A stretch of 64,000 nucleotides of DNA from positions 128,001 through 192,000 of the IMG/VR virus record IMGVR_UViG_3300005077_000489; one strand, 5' to 3'. How positions within the stretch are numbered: position 1 is the stretch's first letter; each line of letters opens with the position of its first letter. The DNA is from a virus. Lineage: Duplodnaviria > Caudoviricetes. Position numbers and translations under genes: made by a program. The notes under the pieces are model-generated. The model saw nothing but the letters and a program-made list of their open reading frames with translations. It was not told where the DNA came from and did no database searches. Shown here piece by piece: positions 58,064 through 64,000 of this stretch.

Positions 58064-58840
58064 ATGAATCCATACGAGATTTTAGGTGTAAGAAAAGATG
58101 CTAGTGCTGAAGAAATAAAAAAAGCATATAGGAAATTAGCCCAAGAGACGCACCCCGATAGAAATCCTGATGATAAGGATTCTGAGGAAAGATTCAAGAA
58201 GATTTCTAGTGCTTATGATATACTTTCTAATCCTGAAAAGAAAAGACAGTACGATAATCCTAGTTTTTTTAATGGTCCTTGGGGTTTTAGTTTTGAATCT
58301 TTTATTAGGCGACCGCCTGCCCCGCCGGTTCCCAGACACGGGACCCTCCGCGGGAATGATATTAATTTAGGTATAAATGTAAATCCTTTTCAATTAATAC
58401 TGGGAGAACTTCTTACTATAAAGTACAAGAGACCGACGCGTTGTAATATATGTGATGGTCACGGAGCCGACATAGAGCATTGTCCTGCGTGTGAAGGTTA
58501 TGGTTTTATAAGAGAAGTGAAGGAAGCCGGTTTCCAGAGGATGGTGAATGATTATGCTTGCGATTCTTGTTTATCTACGGGTATAAAAAAGACAAATGTT
58601 TGTAATAATTGTAAGGGTAGCGGCTTGATTATTAGTGATACAGAAGTAAGTTTTAATTTAAATCAGGGAAATCATAAAGAAATAATCATACCGGAGTATG
58701 GGGGTCATGGTCCTATGCAGGGTCCCCCTGGTAATCTGGTTATTTCATTACAACTTGTCTTTCCTAGTGCCGACCAGATTAATGATAAGGCTAAGGAACA
58801 TATTCGTAAGGCTATTGAACATATATATAATAAGAGGTAA
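58064..58840 (+). CDS. dnaJ: DnaJ-like co-chaperone (J domain plus four CxxCxGxG-type repeats, shortened C-terminus)
   Basis: MNPYEILGV...HPDRNP...AYDILS; [32 protein letters not shown]; GPPGNL. Confidence 0.9.
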   Translation: MNPYEILGVRKDASAEEIKKAYRKLAQETHPDRNPDDKDSEERFKKISSAYDILSNPEKKRQYDNPSFFNGPWGFSFESFIRRPPAPPVPRHGTLRGNDINLGINVNPFQLILGELLTIKYKRPTRCNICDGHGADIEHCPACEGYGFIREVKEAGFQRMVNDYACDSCLSTGIKKTNVCNNCKGSGLIISDTEVSFNLNQGNHKEIIIPEYGGHGPMQGPPGNLVISLQLVFPSADQINDKAKEHIRKAIEHIYNKR

Positions 58841-58843
58841 TAT

Positions 58844-59404
58844 ATGAGAATCTTAGGAATAGATGGTGCATTAAATCATAGTGGGTGGGCTCTACTAGAT
58901 ATGAAGGACGGAGAAGGTTGGGAAGGTGTTTCTGCATCTAAGTACGGAACTATAAAAGTTAAGCAGAAAGAAACCTTGGGCTTTAAGTTACAATATATAC
59001 GTGCCGAACTGGTTAAGTTGTGTAAGTCCTTGAGACCTGATATCATAGTATTAGAAGATGTCTATTCAGGACCAAACAAGAAGACGGTCGCACGCCTAAA
59101 CAATGCTAAAGGGGTTTTTGTACTAACTGTTTATGATTTGTTAGGCAAAGACCCTATTTTTGTTGGTGCTTCCGAAGCAAGGTCATGCTTAGGTCTAAAG
59201 AATAAAGAGCATGCTTATTCCTTTTTTGCAGATAAATATAAATTAAAAGAAAGTGATGATGATATAACTGATGCCTATGTCTTAGCATGGTGGTATATTA
59301 AACAGCACCGTGAAGAGTGTAATATAAAAAAGAAAAGTAAGAGAAGAATCAAAAAAGAAGATGCTGGAACACGAACTAGACAAAAGAATAACAGAAAAAA
59401 ATAA
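58844..59404 (+). CDS. ruvC: RuvC-like Holliday junction resolvase
   Basis: ILGIDGALNHSGW, IIVLED and DDITDAYVLA acidic catalytic motifs. Confidence 0.85.
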   Translation: MRILGIDGALNHSGWALLDMKDGEGWEGVSASKYGTIKVKQKETLGFKLQYIRAELVKLCKSLRPDIIVLEDVYSGPNKKTVARLNNAKGVFVLTVYDLLGKDPIFVGASEARSCLGLKNKEHAYSFFADKYKLKESDDDITDAYVLAWWYIKQHREECNIKKKSKRRIKKEDAGTRTRQKNNRKK

Positions 59405-59633
59405 ACCACGAAAACTAGAGAAGAATGGGCGGGCAGTTGGTCTACAACTCAAAAGTGGTATTAAAATTATAGGTGTGCTCAATGATCATTCCACTAATAA
59501 GTTAGTTGTAGAAGATTGGCTGGACCAAGATTTAGTAAAGGAAGTACACAGAGCTACAATTGTAAGGATTATGGTTCTAATTGATGGAGGTAATAATGAC
59601 GGAAAACTTAGAGTATACAAAAGAGCAACCTAA
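59361..59633 (+). CDS. Small protein with a probable Sm/Hfq-like fold
   Basis: AVGLQLKSGIKIIGVL...KLVV...KEVHRATIVRI parallels Hfq PVSIYLVNGIKLQGQI...VILL...MVYKHAISTV. Confidence 0.5.
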   Translation: MLEHELDKRITEKNKPRKLEKNGRAVGLQLKSGIKIIGVLNDHSTNKLVVEDWLDQDLVKEVHRATIVRIMVLIDGGNNDGKLRVYKRAT

Positions 59634-60942
59634 ATTACCGGCGGAGCCAAAGAAGAAGATCCGTCTAGTATTCTATGGGGACGCACCCTGCGTTGCTACA
59701 GGATTTGGAAAGGTGTCTAGTAATATTTTACCTGTATTTCATGAATCAGGTGATTATGTCATATCATGTTTTGGTGTGAACTATATGAATGTACCACATC
59801 CATATCCTTTCCAGATTTATGGTATGTTGCCTAATCCACAAGGTGACCCCTATGGGCGTGAAAAAATCCAACAGATTTTACCGCAGATGGAGTTTGATAT
59901 TGCTTTCTTTTTGCAAGACTCCTTTATTTTAACTTTTCTGCCTAATATTATTAATGAGTGCCGGAAACGCGGGCGGAATTTTAGGTCATTAGTCTATTTT
60001 CCTATCGACGGCGTGCCGTGGGTAGAATGGATACAAGCTATGTCTGCTGCCGATAGATGCGTAACTTACACGCAGTATGGTAGGCGGCAGTGTATAAATG
60101 CTTACCCGGAGATAGAGCCTAAACTAGAAGTAATACCGCACGGTATTAGTCTGAGGGAATTCTATCCCCTGTCGCCGGAGGAAGTAGAACAAAAGCGTAA
60201 GGTTTACTTTGGTAAACATGCAGATAAATTCATCGTTATTAACGTGAATAGGAATCAACAACGAAAAGACCTACCGGCTAGTATGATGGCTTTTAAATTG
60301 TTCAAAGCGGATTGTCCTAATAGTGTGCTATATTTACATTGTGCTGAAAAAGATGTAGGTTGGGATTTACCTAGAGTTGCTAAGCATTTAGGATTAAAAC
60401 TTGGAGAAGATGTATTGTTTCCTCCTAACTTCAATGTTAATAGTGGTTATCCAGTAGAGATTGTAAATCATCTGTATAATTGTGCAGATGTGTGCATTTC
60501 CTCAACCGTTGGCGAAGGCTGGGGTCTAAGTGCCTCAGAATGCATGGGAACTAGAACACCAGGTATTTTTCCGCAGAACACGTCTCTGACAGAAATCTTT
60601 GCGGATGGGAGAGGTTTCCTTGCTCGTAGCGGAGATACAGAAAATATGAGAATAGTTCTTCCCATGGATAATGAGGTGGTTAGACCACGAACCAATGTGA
60701 ATGATGTTGCGAAATATCTTAAGCGTCTTTATGAGGACAAACAGTCGGGAGGTAGGATAGCAAAAAATATTACTGACAAAGCATACAAGTGGGTCGTAGA
60801 GAATCTACAATGGGAGAAACACATAGTCCCCAGATTTGATAGGATTATTAAAGAACTCGTGTATGACTTAACAAGACCGATAGAAGTAATTAATCCTGGT
60901 AGAGAGACAAACGAGGATTGGAGACGTGGGGAATTAATTTAA
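59596..60942 (+). CDS. GT-B glycosyltransferase (GT4-like)
   Basis: GGAGGT RBS before ATG 59596. TGFGKV, VIPHGI, NRNQQRKDL, YNCADVCISSTVGEGWGLSASE (ExF/WGL...E motif). Confidence 0.88.
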   Translation: MTENLEYTKEQPKLPAEPKKKIRLVFYGDAPCVATGFGKVSSNILPVFHESGDYVISCFGVNYMNVPHPYPFQIYGMLPNPQGDPYGREKIQQILPQMEFDIAFFLQDSFILTFLPNIINECRKRGRNFRSLVYFPIDGVPWVEWIQAMSAADRCVTYTQYGRRQCINAYPEIEPKLEVIPHGISLREFYPLSPEEVEQKRKVYFGKHADKFIVINVNRNQQRKDLPASMMAFKLFKADCPNSVLYLHCAEKDVGWDLPRVAKHLGLKLGEDVLFPPNFNVNSGYPVEIVNHLYNCADVCISSTVGEGWGLSASECMGTRTPGIFPQNTSLTEIFADGRGFLARSGDTENMRIVLPMDNEVVRPRTNVNDVAKYLKRLYEDKQSGGRIAKNITDKAYKWVVENLQWEKHIVPRFDRIIKELVYDLTRPIEVINPGRETNEDWRRGELI

Positions 60943-60962
60943 ATATAATAAAGAGGTTAGTA

Positions 60963-62147
60963 ATGGAAACTAGAAATAATGTTGAGGTAAGGATACAAGG
61001 TATTAGAATTGTTGGACCAGTATTCGATGGCAGTGGTTATGCCCAAGGGATTCGTAATTATATTCGTGGGTTATTCAATGCAAAGGTCCCTTTTCATATT
61101 TTGCCTATCTCATTCGAAAAGGATCGCCCTGAACTCACAGACATAATTAATATAAATGGACAGGAAATAACTGAACAAGATTTCTTACGTTCTCTTTGCC
61201 ATCAAATGGAATATGATGTTAATTTTGTTAGGTTAAGCCCCGAAATAGCTGTACAATTTTTGGACGATAAAGCAATTAATATATGTGCTTGTGCGTGGGA
61301 AACAACACGATTAGATCCACATTGGGTAGATTGTTGCAATAGGTTTGATGCTATTTTTGTTGAGAGCCAGTGGTTGGTGCAAGTATTTACAGATTCCGGA
61401 GTTAAGAAGCCTATATATTGCGTACCGAATTGCGTGGATGTTAGTAAGTATACCCTAAAGGATAAACCTAATATGGATAAGACTTACCAGTTCTATGCTA
61501 TTATGCAATGGACAGAACGTAAGAACGGAATTGGTTTATTGAAGTCTTACTTTAACGCCTTTACTCCTAAAGATGATGTGGTATTAATTCTTAAGACTTA
61601 TCTTACCCGGGTAGAAGCAGGGAAAGACCAGAAGACACAAATTGTAGAGCATATAAATAGTTTAAAACGTTCCCTTAATTTACTTACTGGTTACCCACCA
61701 GTCTATTTGATTACTGAGAAGTTGACCAACGAGGCTCTAATTAAATTACATGAAGATTGTGATTGTTATGCAATGTTAGACCGAGGGGAGGGCTTTGGTC
61801 TCCCATATATGGACGCGTGTGCTGCTGGCAATCCTATTATTGCTCCTAACTTTGGTGGAACTAGAGAATTCCTTAATGAAACTAATAGCTACTGTGTAGA
61901 CGGTCAACTAACTTACGTTGATAATATGATGTGGAGCAATTTTTATCGCGGGAACCAAGCATGGTTTGAGCCTAATTTACTGACTGCTTCTGAATTAATG
62001 AGACATGTATATGAGAATAGAGAAGAAGCCTTTCAGATGGGTTTGAATGCCAGACAGAATGTTGAAGAGAATTTTAATAGAGAAGTAATTACTAATAGGT
62101 TACTCGGTGCGTTGGCAGAAGTAGTGGGTAGAAAGAGAGGCATGTGA
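60963..62147 (+). CDS. GT-B glycosyltransferase (GT4-like)
   Basis: SGYAQG, AWETT, VPNCVD, QWTERKNG, RGEGFGLPYMDACAAGNPII...GG..EF. Confidence 0.88.
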   Translation: METRNNVEVRIQGIRIVGPVFDGSGYAQGIRNYIRGLFNAKVPFHILPISFEKDRPELTDIININGQEITEQDFLRSLCHQMEYDVNFVRLSPEIAVQFLDDKAINICACAWETTRLDPHWVDCCNRFDAIFVESQWLVQVFTDSGVKKPIYCVPNCVDVSKYTLKDKPNMDKTYQFYAIMQWTERKNGIGLLKSYFNAFTPKDDVVLILKTYLTRVEAGKDQKTQIVEHINSLKRSLNLLTGYPPVYLITEKLTNEALIKLHEDCDCYAMLDRGEGFGLPYMDACAAGNPIIAPNFGGTREFLNETNSYCVDGQLTYVDNMMWSNFYRGNQAWFEPNLLTASELMRHVYENREEAFQMGLNARQNVEENFNREVITNRLLGALAEVVGRKRGM

Positions 62148-63919
62148 GTATTGTGAAATTAGCAGTAGATTTGGTAAGAGAGCCCTACAAATTATTGGGA
62201 ATTAGGATAGAGGGTCGTAAGGAAATATTCAAAGTATCTTGCCCTAAGGGTCATGAATTTGAGATATCTCGGACTAAGTGGGGTTCTGGGAATAGATGCC
62301 CCGTCTGTCGTAATTCTAAAAGTTTAGATAATAAACGGAATATAATAAAAGAGTTTTTTAGTAAAGAGGGATATACTCTTTTGTCTGAATATTCTGATGC
62401 TCTTACTAAACTAGAATATGTTTGTCCAGAGGGGCATAAAGGTTCCATTAGGTGGGACCATTTTAGAGATGGATATCGGTGTGGTATATGTACAAAGGGT
62501 AGTCACGTAGACCCTGAATATATAAAAGACTTATTAGAAAGTGAAAGGTATAAAGTTGTTTCTATTAATAAATTGAAGTGGGATTATGAATTAAGATTAG
62601 TATGCCCTAATAACCACAATATTACTATGAGGTGGTTGACCTTAAAAAAAGGTAAGAGATGTTATGTGTGTGATGGGCGCGTATCTAAGATAAATTATGA
62701 TATAGTTAAAAATTCATTTGAAGAAGAAGGTTATGAGCTTTTATCTACTTCATATATTAACTCTGGTTCTTATTTATATTACAGGTGTCCAGAAGGACAC
62801 GAAGGTAAAATAATATGGTCTAATTGGAATAAGGGCATAAGATGTGGTCAGTGTAAGCATGATAGTATGAAGGTTACTGATACTGTTATTAATAATATAC
62901 TGAGAGGCACTAATAAGACTTATTTAAGTAAAAGATACGATAATGTTAAATCCCCCTTAGTAACATTGCGTTGTGAATGTGGTGAAGAATTTGAAGTTCG
63001 GTTTAGAAATATAAGAAGAACAGGTCCTAGATGCCCAAGTTGTGATAAATATCATTCTAAGAATGAGGATGAGATTTATAATTTTATATTCGCGTATTAT
63101 CCTGATACTCTTAGAAATAGATGGGATATATTAAATTCTAGAAATGAGATTGATATTGTTATTCCAGAAAATAAATTGTGTGTTGAATACTGTGGTTTAT
63201 ATTATCATACGGAATTATCTGGTAAAAGAGAAAAGAACTACCATCTAGATAAACTATTAAAAGCAAATCAAGGAGGCTACAATCTTATTACTATCTTTGA
63301 AGACGAATATTTACTGAAGAAAGAATTGGTATTAAACATGCTATTAAGAAAGATTAATAAATTTAATGGTTTTAAAATATATGCGAGAGATTGTTATATT
63401 AAAGAAGTGTCTAGTGAATCTGCTAATCTTTTCTTAGATAAATATCATATTCAAGGAAAGGGTCATTCTACTAAAAAGGTAGGTGCTTATTTCGGTGACT
63501 ATTTGGTGGCTCTTATGACATTTTCAAACGGAAATATTTCTAAAGGGACCAAGAATAAGGATAAAACCTTTTGGGAGTTGGACAGGTTTGCAGTTCACTC
63601 TGATTTTTGTGTAGTTGGAGTTGGTTCAAAATTATTATCTTATTTTGAAAAAAAGTATGATCATACCGTTATTATCTCGTATGCTGACAGACGCTGGTCT
63701 ACTGGAAACCTATACTATAAACTGGGTTTTGAACTAGACGGGTTTACCAGACCCAACTATTGGTATACCAAGGATTACAAAACTAGGATACACAGATTTG
63801 CTTTAAGAAAAAATAAAGAGGATGACCAAGGTATAACAGAATGGGAGAATAGAAAATCTCAGGGGTATGATAGAATCTGGGATTGTGGAAATATGAAATT
63901 TATAAAAAGGAATTTGTAA
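62144..63919 (+). CDS. Five Zn-ribbon repeats + PD-(D/E)xK (Hef/Vsr-like) nuclease + GNAT-like (Mom-related) domain; putative homing endonuclease-like protein
   Basis: Repeats CP.GH...W...G.RC..C x5; EIDIVIP..KLCVEYCGLYYH; C-terminal WELDRF...ISYADRRWS.G.LY..LGF...IWDCG. Confidence 0.75.
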   Translation: MSIVKLAVDLVREPYKLLGIRIEGRKEIFKVSCPKGHEFEISRTKWGSGNRCPVCRNSKSLDNKRNIIKEFFSKEGYTLLSEYSDALTKLEYVCPEGHKGSIRWDHFRDGYRCGICTKGSHVDPEYIKDLLESERYKVVSINKLKWDYELRLVCPNNHNITMRWLTLKKGKRCYVCDGRVSKINYDIVKNSFEEEGYELLSTSYINSGSYLYYRCPEGHEGKIIWSNWNKGIRCGQCKHDSMKVTDTVINNILRGTNKTYLSKRYDNVKSPLVTLRCECGEEFEVRFRNIRRTGPRCPSCDKYHSKNEDEIYNFIFAYYPDTLRNRWDILNSRNEIDIVIPENKLCVEYCGLYYHTELSGKREKNYHLDKLLKANQGGYNLITIFEDEYLLKKELVLNMLLRKINKFNGFKIYARDCYIKEVSSESANLFLDKYHIQGKGHSTKKVGAYFGDYLVALMTFSNGNISKGTKNKDKTFWELDRFAVHSDFCVVGVGSKLLSYFEKKYDHTVIISYADRRWSTGNLYYKLGFELDGFTRPNYWYTKDYKTRIHRFALRKNKEDDQGITEWENRKSQGYDRIWDCGNMKFIKRNL

Positions 63920-64000
63920 TGAATACTGATGATGTGAGTAAACTAAAAGAGAGAATTAAAAATTTAGAAACTTTGTTGGCGGCTAAGCAAATTGAGTTAG
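63919..64000 (+). CDS. Partial CDS truncated by the window end (coiled-coil start)
   Basis: TAATG overlap; MNTDDVSKLKERIKNLETLLAAKQIEL runs off the end. Confidence 0.6.
   Translation, partial: MNTDDVSKLKERIKNLETLLAAKQIEL

Larger units (their letters stand above)
1..64000 (+). other. Segment of a large (jumbo-type) bacteriophage genome: structural/accessory block followed by a replication module
   Basis: All credible ORFs are on the + strand with TAATG/ATGA/GTGA overlaps. Giant lectin/Ig-domain proteins are followed by clustered, divergent clamp-RecA-DnaB-DnaG-SSB-RuvC genes; no bacterial housekeeping context. Inference from gene content. Confidence 0.85.

Noticed and set aside
1271-62448. 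Numerous 60-105-aa ORFs on the minus strand or in alternate frames
   Set aside because: All lie within or overlap long, motif-bearing + strand genes and lack recognisable motifs; they are best explained as shadow ORFs.
1-64000. Stop-codon reassignment (alternative genetic code)
   Set aside because: Code 11 gives near-complete coding density with multi-kb ORFs, and TAA, TAG and TGA all end genes at coupled junctions.
1-64000. Archaeal virus or cellular adhesin island
   Set aside because: The clamp is DnaN-type rather than PCNA, with DnaB, CHC2-DnaG, RuvC and a sigma70-like promoter; the compact, divergent replication cluster is phage-like.

Overview
The window is a single-strand (+), tightly coupled stretch of a large AT-rich bacteriophage genome, probably a jumbo or huge phage. 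Bacterial-type clamp, DnaB, DnaG, RecA, RuvC, DnaJ, GGAGG RBSs and a sigma70-like promoter point to a bacterial host. Bases 1-50.7 kb are a virion-accessory/structural block of about 14 genes, including four giants (>=3472 aa and 5'-truncated, 1892, 3141 and ~2162 aa). Most are built from discoidin (F5/8C-like), LamG/ConA, Ig-like and beta-propeller modules. An apparently intact IscB (PLMP-RuvC-BH-HNH) with an upstream omegaRNA is inserted at 18.4-19.8 kb between two paralogous structural genes. After an AT-rich 270-bp gap with a promoter comes a replication/recombination module: beta-clamp, RecA, a DUF559/Vsr-like nuclease, DnaB, DnaG, SSB, DnaJ, RuvC and an Sm/Hfq-like protein. It is followed by two GT4-like glycosyltransferases and a Zn-ribbon/PD-(D/E)xK/Mom-like-GNAT protein. 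No capsid, portal, terminase, tRNA, CRISPR array or reverse transcriptase was recognised. The most striking unexplained patterns are: (i) repeated 'Russian-doll' nesting of whole domains inside other domains across the giant proteins; (ii) the IscB/omegaRNA, whose predicted guide overlaps an upstream hairpin and whose stop codon abuts the next gene's RBS; (iii) a pervasive T/S-x-S-G motif in the lectin-domain proteins; (iv) an SSB with an N-terminal Q/P-rich repeat conserved only at the protein level; and (v) near-absence of GCGC. All domain assignments are by manual motif recognition, with no database searches.
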